This document shows positions 24,224-32,656 of a DNA stretch of 35,972 nucleotides, one piece after another. The notes under the pieces were generated by a model that made no database searches, was not told the DNA's origin, and saw only the letters and a program-made list of their open reading frames with translations. Each line of letters begins with the position of its first letter. Positions within the stretch are counted from its first letter, which is position 1. The DNA lies in the IMG/VR virus record IMGVR_UViG_3300017646_000189, positions 1-35,972 of that record; one strand, given 5' to 3'. Source of the stretch: a virus. Its lineage: Duplodnaviria > Caudoviricetes. The translations under genes and the position numbers were made by a program.

Positions 24224-24739
24224 TCATTCCGCACCTCCGACACCGGCCCGCGCGTCCGCCTGCATGATCTTGACCAGCAGATACTGCGAATAGCGCGGTG
24301 TCATGCCCTGGGACAAATGCCGGCGCAGGTGCGCTTCCGAAACGCCCATGGCCAGCGCCGCCGCGCGGATCGACGGAAAATCGCGGCCGTGGATCCGCAC
24401 CGGTTTGGAATTGTGCCGGGTCCAGCGCCGAGGCGCCTTCGCGCTCAGCCCCGCGCGGTCCGCGTCACCGCGCTGGCGCAGCTGGTGGCCGATCGAAGTC
24501 GGAGCGATGCCCAGAGCGGCCGCAGCCATCGAGATCGACGGATAGACCTTGCCGCGCACCCGGACCGGAACGCAGGACGGATGATGCGGGCGATGCTGAA
24601 CCTTGCCCTCGCGCAGACGGCGACGCCAGTCGGCCTGGCGCTCAATCTCGGCGGCGCGGCAGGCGTCGCAGCGGCATCTGTAATACTGATAGCCGCGAGA
24701 CGTGCCATGCGGGATGCTGTCGGAGGGCGAGGAGGTCAT
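24224..24739 (-). CDS. Putative DNA-binding protein (Zn-finger-like plus two NUMOD1-like HTH repeats)
   Basis: HGT...YRCRCDACR, then repeats PVRVRGKVYPSISMAAAALGI and PVRIHGRDFPSIRAAALAMGV. Start at 24739. Confidence 0.7.
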   Translation of the reverse strand: MTSSPSDSIPHGTSRGYQYYRCRCDACRAAEIERQADWRRRLREGKVQHRPHHPSCVPVRVRGKVYPSISMAAAALGIAPTSIGHQLRQRGDADRAGLSAKAPRRWTRHNSKPVRIHGRDFPSIRAAALAMGVSEAHLRRHLSQGMTPRYSQYLLVKIMQADARAGVGGAE

Positions 24740-24888
24740 TGCTTCCGCGCCCCCTTGATCTTGTGGAAAAACTTTTCCGACTGCGACTTGAACCGGGCAA
24801 CCGCGGCGGAGGATGCCCCCGCCAGCCGCACGGCCCGCCGGTGACGGGCCGCATAATACCGCTGGGCGATGCGCCACCAGATCCGCAT
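24736..24888 (-). CDS. Small basic hypothetical protein (50 aa)
   Basis: MRIWWRIAQRYY...KSEKFF-like C-terminus (SQSEKFFHKIKGARKQ), coupled by overlaps at both ends. Confidence 0.55.
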   Translation of the reverse strand: MRIWWRIAQRYYAARHRRAVRLAGASSAAVARFKSQSEKFFHKIKGARKQ

Positions 24889-25241
24889 CACTGCACCTCC
24901 GGATCGATGACCTGAAACACGGACTCGGCGCCGACCAGCGCGATCACCTTCAGCACATAGCGGAAATGCGGGGCGTTCTCGCGGCGCAGCCAGTTGCGAA
25001 CCGTGCGCGGCGTCACCGGACGGCTGTCCGAGGTCAGCACATCCGCCGCAAGCTCGGCCAGTTCGTTCTCGCTCCGCGCCTCGGGGAAGGCCCGCCAGAG
25101 CAGCCCGGCGAACCAGGCGCGCTCGGCCTCCTCGGCGCCGCATTTTCGGAAAGACATTTCAGATGATCCTGTGCTGTTGTGTCCCCGTGCAGACGGACGA
25201 TCACCAGAACGGAAAGAGGGCGCGGGATGATGAACAGTCAT
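24888..25241 (-). CDS. HTH protein in the CII position
   Basis: ELAELAADVL...VTPRTVRNWLRRE helix-turn-helix, following cro with an ATGA overlap. Alternative start at 25157. Confidence 0.65.
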   Translation of the reverse strand: MTVHHPAPSFRSGDRPSARGHNSTGSSEMSFRKCGAEEAERAWFAGLLWRAFPEARSENELAELAADVLTSDSRPVTPRTVRNWLRRENAPHFRYVLKVIALVGAESVFQVIDPEVQ

Positions 25242-25465
25242 GCCGCGTCCTCGGAGGTGGGGGGAGGGTTGAAGAGATCAGCCAAGTCTGGCCGCACTGC
25301 ATCGACCGAAAGGCCAAGGGCGTTTGCAAACGCGAGTGCTCTATCCGTGCCGATACGCCGCTTGCCTCGCTCAATGAGACTCAGCATGCCCCGGGAAATG
25401 CCAGCGGCTTCGCAGATCTGCGCCCTAGAGAGGCCGTTGGTCTTAATGTGCGCGGTCAGGTCCAT
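25238..25465 (-). CDS. cro: Cro-like XRE repressor
   Basis: LSRAQICEAAGISRGMLSLIERGKR HTH and VRPDLA C-terminus, divergent from cI. Confidence 0.85.
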   Translation of the reverse strand: MDLTAHIKTNGLSRAQICEAAGISRGMLSLIERGKRRIGTDRALAFANALGLSVDAVRPDLADLFNPPPTSEDAA

Positions 25466-25471
25466 GCCCCT

Positions 25472-25521
25472 GTTTTACATAGTGTGAATTTTACATCAAG
25501 TGAATTTTCACACTGTGTTTC
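25472..25521. promoter_or_regulatory. OR operator array and cro promoter
   Basis: TTTACATAGTGTGAA (25474), TTTACATCAAGTGAA (25490) and a weaker TTCACACTGTGTTTC (25507). Minus strand reads TTGATG-16 nt-TAAAAC just before the cro ATG. Confidence 0.75.
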
Positions 25522-25558
25522 TGGCCGGGCGCGGCCGGGGCATGCGATGCCTCGCTTC

Positions 25559-26185
25559 ATGAGATTTCGACTCAGAGAGCTGCGCGACGCAAACGGCCTG
25601 ACCCAGGAGCAGATGGCCGAGCGCCTCGGCATATCCGTCTCTCTCTACAACGGTCTGGAGAACGGTAAGCGGCGTATGAATGCTGACTACATAGAGGGCG
25701 CAGCTGGGATTTTCCGGATCCCCCCATCAGAACTGATCGCGGACGATCCGTATCCAATTGCCGTCGCAGGCCAGGTTGGTGCCGGCGCACAGGTGCCGCT
25801 TGAGGACCCCTACCCGAAAGGCGACGGAATTTTCCGAGTTGCCGCCCCGGCGCAGCTGCTGCGACACGGCCCGCCGCGCGGGATCGTTGCGGTCGAGGTC
25901 GAAGGCGATTCCATGGTGCCGATGTATCAGCCGGGCGACGTGCTTTTCTACACGCGCGCCACCCATGAGGGCATCCCGGAGGAGGACATCGGTCGCCCCT
26001 GCATCGTCGAGGACGCAGAGGGCAATGCCTGGGTCAAGCAGGTGAAGCGCGGCGATGAGCCCGGCCTGTTCCACCTGATCAGCCTGAACCCGACCTCGGA
26101 GACCAGACACAACCAGCGCATCAAGTGGGCGGCAAGGGTCAGGCTGGCGCTGCCCGGCGAGATGGTGGAAAGAATACCCAGTTAA
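25559..26185 (+). CDS. cI: CI-like repressor (XRE HTH plus S24 peptidase)
   Basis: LRELRDANGLTQEQMAERLGIS HTH, VGAG cleavage site, VEGDSM catalytic Ser and WVKQV catalytic Lys. Confidence 0.95.
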   Translation: MRFRLRELRDANGLTQEQMAERLGISVSLYNGLENGKRRMNADYIEGAAGIFRIPPSELIADDPYPIAVAGQVGAGAQVPLEDPYPKGDGIFRVAAPAQLLRHGPPRGIVAVEVEGDSMVPMYQPGDVLFYTRATHEGIPEEDIGRPCIVEDAEGNAWVKQVKRGDEPGLFHLISLNPTSETRHNQRIKWAARVRLALPGEMVERIPS

Positions 26186-26209
26186 ACAATTGAAATAATT
26201 GAGTGAAAA

Positions 26210-27148
26210 TTGCCAGTTAGTAAATTTCCCTACAAAGGTAGATACGAAGGCTCTGACTTCACGATTGACGAGGTGATCTCCTCGCTGGCGGCGCAGCGCC
26301 TGTTGATCAAGCAAGCGGTGGGATTCCTCGAAGCACTTGACCCCAACTACGATCCGCAGAAAGTAGTGATACGGGTCCTCTCCATTGAGGAGGGGTCGCT
26401 GATCTGGGACCTACTCATCGAAATATGGGGAACTTACCAGAAGGAACTAACTGAACAGGTAACCGGCAGCATCGAAAAGGCAACGGGTGTGGATATACCG
26501 GAGGCATATGAACCCTTGGTAGCCATTGCCGTCATGGCCGTTGTCTACTGGGGCTTACGGTATGCATATGACCGGGTAGCAAGACGTAAAGAAAAGAAGG
26601 GCGATGAACCGCCAAAGCCTTCGATCCACATTGAGGGAAACTACAATACGGTGATCCAGCTTGTGGCTGACAAGGTGGAGAGCGCCCCTGAGTGGGTGGA
26701 TAGTGTGCTCAACGAAAAACTTTACCCCGACCGCATCAAAGTTGTTAAGGCGGCCACGGATTTTGTGCGCCCGGCCAAGCACAGGGATGCATCTATATCC
26801 GTAGAAAACGCACCAGATGTCCCAGCACAAGCTATAGCCGAGGTGCCTTCCGATTCCGAACTGAGCCAGACGTCGGAACCTGTATTCACACCACTTGAAG
26901 ACGCCACAATGCTCATCCGAGGTACTGATCGCGATAGTCACCAGGCAGGCTGGCGTGGGTTGATTGAGGATGATGAGCGGTTTCCAAAGCGTCTACCGAT
27001 CCGGCTTTCGCCGACAATCGACCCAGAGGAGCTAGCGGATCTGCCAAAAATCAGGGTAACAGGCACAGTGGAGGGCGAGAGGTTCTTCGACGGCACCTAT
27101 GTGCCTCGACGTGTGCACCTTTATTCTTATACCCCAGATTCGGACTAA
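26210..27148 (+). CDS. Low-GC accessory protein downstream of cI, one predicted hydrophobic helix
   Basis: 312-aa ORF with atypical codons and a LVAIAVMAVVYWGL segment. It starts 24 bp after the cI stop. Confidence 0.8.
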   Translation: MPVSKFPYKGRYEGSDFTIDEVISSLAAQRLLIKQAVGFLEALDPNYDPQKVVIRVLSIEEGSLIWDLLIEIWGTYQKELTEQVTGSIEKATGVDIPEAYEPLVAIAVMAVVYWGLRYAYDRVARRKEKKGDEPPKPSIHIEGNYNTVIQLVADKVESAPEWVDSVLNEKLYPDRIKVVKAATDFVRPAKHRDASISVENAPDVPAQAIAEVPSDSELSQTSEPVFTPLEDATMLIRGTDRDSHQAGWRGLIEDDERFPKRLPIRLSPTIDPEELADLPKIRVTGTVEGERFFDGTYVPRRVHLYSYTPDSD

Positions 27149-27174
27149 CCATCTATCCAAACCCAAGATCCAAT

Positions 27175-27196
27175 GCCCGCCCTCGGCGGGCTTTTT
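27175..27196 (+). terminator. Intrinsic terminator of the cI operon
   Basis: GCCCGCC-CTC-GGCGGGC-TTTTT. Confidence 0.85.
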
Positions 27197-27269
27197 CATG
27201 CGCCGCGGCCCGGCGCCGGCGGGTGCGCATCCTCGCCCACCCTGCGGGCAGGATAATGTCAGTATGAAT

Positions 27270-27320
27270 TTTACACAATGTGAAAATCAAGCTTGACCTG
27301 AAATTCACACTATGTAAATT
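27270..27320 (+). promoter_or_regulatory. OL operators and early-left promoter
   Basis: TTTACACAATGTGAA (27270) and TTCACACTATGTAAA (27304). TTGACC (27293)-16 nt-TAAATT (27315). 27301-27318 is the exact reverse complement of 25474-25491. Confidence 0.8.
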
Positions 27321-27356
27321 TCCCCCATCGGCACCCCGCCGAATGGGAGACCTCTG

Positions 27357-27617
27357 GTGACGACCCTCAAGACCGAGACGCAGGCGGCCGAGGTTTCGGC
27401 TGCTGGTGATCTGATTGTTCGTTTTCGCGATGGGCAGGAGCTCATGATCCGCAACGTCAGCGCGAAAGACGCCGACACCCTGTTCGGCCACTTGGCCAAC
27501 ATGCCCATGGACGGGATTTCGAACTGCTTTGCAGCCATTCGTCAGCCCGAGCGGTCTGTGGCCATCAACCTCGTTGATGTGTCCGCCGTCCGGTTCAAGC
27601 CTCAGGGTGCAGCATGA
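27357..27617 (+). CDS. Hypothetical early protein
   Basis: GGGAGA RBS and GTG start. First gene after the promoter. Confidence 0.7.
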   Translation: MTTLKTETQAAEVSAAGDLIVRFRDGQELMIRNVSAKDADTLFGHLANMPMDGISNCFAAIRQPERSVAINLVDVSAVRFKPQGAA

Positions 27618-28000
27618 CCCCCGCTCGCAATCATTTCTCGGTCGAGGGTGCGCGTCGGCGGCGGGTCGAGGCCGAGGCGGATGAGATCGCCATGCGGGCC
27701 GTGCATCGGCGGCAGGATGGCGTTCCCGTTCATGACTTTGCGCCTGACGGTGATCCCTTCGTGATCTACGGGATTCCCGAGGCTGATGGCCGAGGTTCCG
27801 AGCGTCGGCCGATCGCCTGGGGCGTGGTGTTCCTCTGGATCGGGGTTCTGGTGCTGGTGTTCGCCGGGATGGGGCTCGGCCTGCTGGTCGGCCGTCTGGA
27901 CGGTCAGGCGATGCTGGACCTTCTGTCACCCACGGCCGTGCAGGCGCGCGAGGCGGGCTGGGTCGCTTTATCGGAGGGCTCGGCGAGGCTTTTGCCATGA
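27614..28000 (+). CDS. Hypothetical membrane protein
   Basis: ATGA overlaps and TM segment IAWGVVFLWIGVLVLVFAGMGLGLLV. Confidence 0.7.
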   Translation: MTPARNHFSVEGARRRRVEAEADEIAMRAVHRRQDGVPVHDFAPDGDPFVIYGIPEADGRGSERRPIAWGVVFLWIGVLVLVFAGMGLGLLVGRLDGQAMLDLLSPTAVQAREAGWVALSEGSARLLP

Positions 28001-28221
28001 GCAAGCCTGTAGAGATGATGCCGCGCGCTTTCGCCGGGGGCATGCCGGTGATGATGGCGGATTATCTGCGCGCCATCGAGTTGTGCCAGCGCGTGCTGGC
28101 CGAGGTTCCGGCCATCGGCAACACGCCCCTGGCCTGCGAGATCCGCGAGCTGCTGGCCGACGCGCGGCGGCCGCTGAATGAACGAGGGGTTCCGCCCCTC
28201 GCCCGAGATGGGTGCCGTTGA
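27997..28221 (+). CDS. Hypothetical protein
   Basis: ATGA overlap and GC3-rich codons. Confidence 0.6.
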   Translation: MSKPVEMMPRAFAGGMPVMMADYLRAIELCQRVLAEVPAIGNTPLACEIRELLADARRPLNERGVPPLARDGCR

Positions 28222-28345
28222 TCGCTTGTCGCACCCTCACTGGCTGGCCGCTCTGGCTTGAGTTCCTCCCTCCCGTGTCCGGAGCGGCCAGCATCTTTCC
28301 TTTCACACCGCGCCCGGCGGTTCCGGGCTTTGCAGAGGAGATGCC

Positions 28346-28546
28346 ATGAACCGCCTTTTGAAATGGCTCCGCCACGATCACCTTCCGCCGCATTTGCAGG
28401 CGGTGGTGAAGCCCATCGACGCGCTGGCGCGGGAGATGGACGGCGCGCTCGCCGAGGGTGCCGAGAAGACCGCCGGCATGCGCAAGCTGGTCGAGGCCAA
28501 GGATTGCTTCGTCCGCGCGCGGATCGAGCAGGACGAGGAGGCCTGA
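28346..28546 (+). CDS. Small helical-hairpin phage protein (possible Acb2/Tad1-like fold)
   Basis: GAGGAG RBS. HLPPHLQAVVKP...EKTAGMRKLVEAKDCFVRA motif. Confidence 0.75.
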   Translation: MNRLLKWLRHDHLPPHLQAVVKPIDALAREMDGALAEGAEKTAGMRKLVEAKDCFVRARIEQDEEA

Positions 28547-28549
28547 GGT

Positions 28550-28876
28550 ATGGCCGCGCATGAACTCAACTTCCTCGAATTCATCCAGAGCTTCCGCCGC
28601 GGCGAGCTTCTGGAGACCGGCGACCAGAAGCTTTCCGAACTGGTCGCCGCCATTCGCGAAACCGGCGGCAATGGCAGCCTCACCTTCAAGGCCAGCTTCA
28701 AGACGAACAAGGCGGGCCAGATCGAGGTGGTGCCGGAAATCACCATCAAGAAGCCGAGCCGCAGCATGGGCACCGGGATCTATTTCGCGTCCGATTCCGA
28801 CCGCCTGACCCGCCGTGACCCCAACCAGATGGATTTCGAAGACGAGCTCGAGCGCCGACGCTCGATGAACGACTGA
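28550..28876 (+). CDS. YfdP-like protein (partner of DUF2303)
   Basis: LSELVAAIRETGGNGSLT and LTRRDPNQM motifs, directly upstream of DUF2303. Confidence 0.7.
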   Translation: MAAHELNFLEFIQSFRRGELLETGDQKLSELVAAIRETGGNGSLTFKASFKTNKAGQIEVVPEITIKKPSRSMGTGIYFASDSDRLTRRDPNQMDFEDELERRRSMND

Positions 28877-28903
28877 TCCGTCTATCACGCCAGAGGAGAC
28901 ACC

Positions 28904-29761
28904 ATGGCACAGAAAACCGACCCCAACGACCCCGGTGCGATCTATCTGCCGGCGGACCCGGTCAGCACCCTTGAGACTGTCCTGAATGCGGCGCGCATTG
29001 CGTCGCCGGTGATCGACGGCCCAGACGGACGCACCTGGGCGGCGCTGCCGGAGCGCATCAAGCTGCATGATATCAGCGACCCGAACCGTTTGCCGTCGCG
29101 CGTGCGGCAGGCAGTGACCGTCGATGATCGCGCCTCACTTTCCGCCTACGCCAACCGCTACAAGTCCGACCGCTCGATCATCATCGCGGATTTCGACGCG
29201 CTGACGATCTCGGCCCGGCTGGACTGGCACGATCACAACCAGGGCGAGGCCTTCCCGGCGGCCGGGCACAATGCCCATGCCGTGATCCTCGCCCTGCGGC
29301 CGTCCGAGGAATTCTCCCGCTGGGACGAGATGGAGGGCAAGATCCATCCGCAGGCGGATTTTGCGCGGTTCCTGGAAGAGAACAGCGTCGATATCGGCTA
29401 TCCCGAAGCCGCGACCATGATCGAGATCAGCCGCGATTTCGAGGCGACGGTGGGGCAAGTCTACAAGTCCGCCGTGCGCCTGGACAACGGCGACCGCAAG
29501 CTGGTGTTCGAGAGCGACACGAAGGTCCAGAACGGGGTGATCATCCCTGAGAAGTTCACCGTCTCGATCCCGATCTACAACGGCGAGGAGCCCGAGGAGC
29601 TGACCTGCCTGTTTCGCTGGCGCGCTTTGGGCGGCGGCGCGGTCGGGCTGGGGTTCCAGTGGCACCGGGTCGAATACCAGCGCCGCGCGCATTTCACCCA
29701 GATCGCCACCACGGCCAGCGAGGAGACCGGCCTGCCGATCTACATGGGCCGCTTCGCCTGA
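28904..29761 (+). CDS. DUF2303 (YfdQ) family protein
   Basis: SLSAYANRY, LDWH, QADFARFLEEN, SAVRLDNG and IPEKFTVSIPIY motifs. Confidence 0.9.
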   Translation: MAQKTDPNDPGAIYLPADPVSTLETVLNAARIASPVIDGPDGRTWAALPERIKLHDISDPNRLPSRVRQAVTVDDRASLSAYANRYKSDRSIIIADFDALTISARLDWHDHNQGEAFPAAGHNAHAVILALRPSEEFSRWDEMEGKIHPQADFARFLEENSVDIGYPEAATMIEISRDFEATVGQVYKSAVRLDNGDRKLVFESDTKVQNGVIIPEKFTVSIPIYNGEEPEELTCLFRWRALGGGAVGLGFQWHRVEYQRRAHFTQIATTASEETGLPIYMGRFA

Positions 29762-29824
29762 CCTGACCCTTCCGGTGCGCAGCGCCGCGGCGCTGCCATC
29801 CCGAATGGTCAGAGGAGCGGAACA

Positions 29825-30040
29825 ATGTCCGACAAGGAAGATATGACCGAGGCGGCGTTCATCGAGCGCTTCGTCAATCACATGGTGCTGGTCGGCGGCA
29901 CCGAGTTCGCCGACGGTTCATCCATCGAGGAATACGCCCGGGAGGTCGCACCGACCTATTGGGCTGAGCCCGATCAGCGCGAGGACGGGCCGGAAGCCTG
30001 CGCCGACGCGGATATGGATTGCTGGGAGTATGCGGAATGA
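29825..30040 (+). CDS. Small acidic hypothetical protein
   Basis: GAGGAG RBS and PEACADADMDCW C-terminus. Confidence 0.75.
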   Translation: MSDKEDMTEAAFIERFVNHMVLVGGTEFADGSSIEEYAREVAPTYWAEPDQREDGPEACADADMDCWEYAE

Positions 30041-30453
30041 CCAGCGACATCGTATCCGTCGAGATCGGCCGCAGCACCTGGCAGGGACCGGCCGAGGAAG
30101 CGCCGCGGCGGGCAATGCCGACCCACGACGATAGCGATGATTGCTATATGGAGGGTTTCAACGCTGGTTTCGGCGAGGCGATGCTGGCGCAGGACGTTAC
30201 CGAGAAATTTCTGCGCACGAATCTGGCAAAGGCACAGCAGGAGATCGCCGGGATGCGGGCCCTGCTGCTGGCGGGCTGCGAGCTTCTGGAGGTCGAGGCC
30301 GAGGGTCTGCGCGACGGTATCAGCATCAATGGGGTCATGTGCCCTTGTCCCGAGGATCAGGCCACCGTCGAGGCCATCCGCGAGATGGAGGACTGGATCG
30401 CCAGCGTTAAGGCCACCCTGCGTGCGTTGCCGGAGGGCCGGACGGATGTCTGA
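30037..30453 (+). CDS. Hypothetical protein
   Basis: ATGA-coupled start at 30037. Confidence 0.6.
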   Translation: MTSDIVSVEIGRSTWQGPAEEAPRRAMPTHDDSDDCYMEGFNAGFGEAMLAQDVTEKFLRTNLAKAQQEIAGMRALLLAGCELLEVEAEGLRDGISINGVMCPCPEDQATVEAIREMEDWIASVKATLRALPEGRTDV

Positions 30454-30613
30454 TCGCTGGATCAAGCAGCCCGGCCCGGGCCAGATGCGCGGCGAGGGCG
30501 AATGGGTCGAATACCTCGGCACAGACGAGGAATGGGAATGGCTGCGCGGCACCGGTTTCCTGCCGACCGCCGAGGGCGAGAAGCCGATGGAATGCGAGGT
30601 AGGCGATGGGTGA
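30446..30613 (+). CDS. Small hypothetical protein (55 aa)
   Basis: GGAGG RBS, MSDRWIKQPG start, overlapping both neighbours. Confidence 0.55.
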   Translation: MSDRWIKQPGPGQMRGEGEWVEYLGTDEEWEWLRGTGFLPTAEGEKPMECEVGDG

Positions 30614-30797
30614 CCGGCTCAAACGCATGCTGCGCATGCTTATCGATGGCCTGACCACGGCGCTGGCGATCACCTTGATCTATGTGGTCCTCCATCTGAT
30701 GCGAGCGGCGTTCGGCTTCTGGCCGACCACCATCGCGGGCGTCACGGCCATCGCGGTCTGCCTGTGGGTCGCGGCTGGGGAGGAAGACCATGGCTGA
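30606..30797 (+). CDS. Small two-TM membrane protein
   Basis: GAGGT RBS and two hydrophobic segments. Confidence 0.65.
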   Translation: MGDRLKRMLRMLIDGLTTALAITLIYVVLHLMRAAFGFWPTTIAGVTAIAVCLWVAAGEEDHG

Positions 30798-31038
30798 CCG
30801 TCACGACGAAGAGACGATCAAGAAGCGCATCGAAGCGCTCGTGGTGACCGCTAGCCTCAACGCCAGGAACCAGGGCGGCAATGCTGCAACCGCAGCCGCT
30901 GACCTGATGTGCGCATTCGTCCTGATCACGATGCGCTCGGGCGGCAGGCCTGAGGCCGCGATCGAGGCCATGGCACGGCACGCCATCGCCGCCTGCACCG
31001 ACTTCTGGGGAAACAAGGGGAGAAAGCTCGATGCCTAA
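30790..31038 (+). CDS. Hypothetical protein
   Basis: GGAGG RBS, part of a chain of overlapping ORFs. Confidence 0.65.
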   Translation: MADRHDEETIKKRIEALVVTASLNARNQGGNAATAAADLMCAFVLITMRSGGRPEAAIEAMARHAIAACTDFWGNKGRKLDA

Positions 31039-31351
31039 GCACCGCATCGATCCGCAACTGGTGCAATCCACCATTGCCGACCTGCGTCAGCGCCTGGATG
31101 CTCTGCCGATGATCGGTGACAACGCCGCAGATTGGGCGGATCAGCACCGCCAGCACCGCGCAGCCGCCGAGGCCCTCGCCGACCATCTGCGCGCCACCTA
31201 CGGCGCCCGGATCCACGACAAGGCGTGGACCAACACCATCCGCATGCACGGCATCAGCTCGAGCGGAACGGCGGGCCTGCAACAGGCCTTCCGCAATTGG
31301 ATAGCCGCCGCCGAGCGCAGGCTGACCACCATCGAAGGAGTCACGTCATGA
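31031..31351 (+). CDS. Hypothetical protein
   Basis: Part of a chain of overlapping ORFs with GC3-rich codons. Confidence 0.65.
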   Translation: MPKHRIDPQLVQSTIADLRQRLDALPMIGDNAADWADQHRQHRAAAEALADHLRATYGARIHDKAWTNTIRMHGISSSGTAGLQQAFRNWIAAAERRLTTIEGVTS

Positions 31352-31587
31352 AAAACAAGCTCGGAGATCTGAACAACCACTTGTTCGCCCAGTTGGAACG
31401 CTTGGCCGACGAGTCCTTGACACCCGAGCAGATCGAACAGGAGGCGAAGCGCGCGGATGCGATCGTTTCCGTCGCCGATCGCATCGTCGGCAATGCTGAT
31501 CTGCAGCTGAAGGCGGCGAAGCTGTTTGCCGAACATGGCCAAGGCATCCTGCCGATGCTGCCCAAGATCGGAGCAAGCGAGCCATGA
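31348..31587 (+). CDS. Conserved phage protein (MKNKLGDLNNHLFAQLERL type)
   Basis: AAGGAG RBS and ATGA overlap. This motif is commonly found just upstream of HNH_3 genes in prophages. Confidence 0.8.
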   Translation: MKNKLGDLNNHLFAQLERLADESLTPEQIEQEAKRADAIVSVADRIVGNADLQLKAAKLFAEHGQGILPMLPKIGASEP

Positions 31588-32228
31588 AGGGTCGCGCCAT
31601 TGTCTACGAACCCGAGGAGCTGGCCTGGATCGAGGCGCACAAGGAACTGCCGCGAGCGGAAGCCTATACCCTGTTCTGCGCCCGCTTCATGCGGCAGGAT
31701 GTCTCGCTCTCGAATTTCAAAGCCCTCTGCAAGCGCAACGGATGGCTGACCGGGCGCACCGGGCAGTTCGTTCCCGGCCAGGTATCGCATAACAAGGGCA
31801 AGCCGATGCCTGACCATGTCAGGGCCAAGGTCATGGCGACGACCTTCAAGCCGGGGAGCAGGCCTCACACCTGGCGCGGGCCAGGACATGAATCTATCGA
31901 CCCCAAGGACGGCTACGTCTGGATCATCGTAGCGGAAACCAATCCTCACACGGGCGCCGACACCCGCCGGGTCATGAAACACCGATACCTCTGGGAACAA
32001 GAGAATGGTCCGATCCCGGCCGGCCATGCCCTGAAATGCCTGGACGGCGACAGGACCAATACCGACCCGAGCAACTGGGAGGCCGTGCCCCGCGCGATGC
32101 TGCCGCGGCTAGCCGGCGCCAAGAAGGGAGTGCCCTATGACAGCGCGCCCGCCGAGCTGCGCCCCGCCATCATGGCGACGGCGAAGCTGGAGCACCGGGT
32201 GCGTCAAGTCAGGAAGGGGAAAGCCTGA
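31584..32228 (+). CDS. HNH endonuclease (HNH_3-like)
   Basis: GQFVPGQVSHNKG, KDGYV and KHRYLWEQENGPIPAGH...DGDRTN...NW motifs. Confidence 0.85.
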   Translation: MKGRAIVYEPEELAWIEAHKELPRAEAYTLFCARFMRQDVSLSNFKALCKRNGWLTGRTGQFVPGQVSHNKGKPMPDHVRAKVMATTFKPGSRPHTWRGPGHESIDPKDGYVWIIVAETNPHTGADTRRVMKHRYLWEQENGPIPAGHALKCLDGDRTNTDPSNWEAVPRAMLPRLAGAKKGVPYDSAPAELRPAIMATAKLEHRVRQVRKGKA

Positions 32229-32503
32229 TGGGCAAACAGGGAATCAACACCATCTGGCTGCTCATGGCCCAGTACGAAGGCCGGGCGATGATCGGCGCCG
32301 ATGTGGTGTGCCGGGATTTCTTCGCACCGCTCACGCTGCCGGTCTTCCTGCGCAAGGTCTCGACCGGCGAGATTCCACTGCCTCTTGTCCGGATGGAGAG
32401 CAGCCAGAAGGGCGCGAAGATGGTGCATCTGTCGGACCTTGCGGCCTACATCGATGCGCGGGCGGAATCGGCCCGGAAAGAAGCCAGAGCGCTCGGCCGA
32501 TAG
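32228..32503 (+). CDS. Pyocin activator PrtN-family protein (probable excisionase/directionality factor)
   Basis: NTIWLLMAQY...VCRDFF...GEIPLP...SQKGAKMVHLSDLAAYID. It is the last gene before the att site. Confidence 0.9.
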   Translation: MGKQGINTIWLLMAQYEGRAMIGADVVCRDFFAPLTLPVFLRKVSTGEIPLPLVRMESSQKGAKMVHLSDLAAYIDARAESARKEARALGR

Positions 32504-32585
32504 GGCGCTCTTGCTAAAAATTTTGCTTAAATTTCCAAGCCGCCATTAGCGATATGATTTTCCGTCGCTTTCTGACTTGTTCCGA

Positions 32586-32656
32586 CAGTCCATCATCGGC
32601 GCAACGGACAGCCGCGCGCTATTGTTTTTACGGATGAAATTGTCCGTTTCAGCCAT
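32586..32656 (-). pseudogene. dusA: Displaced 5' fragment of dusA containing the att core
   Basis: MAETDNFIRKNNSARLSVAPMMD, then C instead of the conserved WTD. Identity with the DusA N-terminus breaks at GACTG (32586). Confidence 0.85.

Larger units (their letters stand above)
1..32600. mobile_element. HK97-like siphovirus prophage integrated at dusA (left end outside window)
   Basis: Contiguous tail, head, packaging, replication, cro/cI and early-left modules in lambdoid order. The right boundary is a truncated dusA 5' fragment. Confidence 0.95.
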
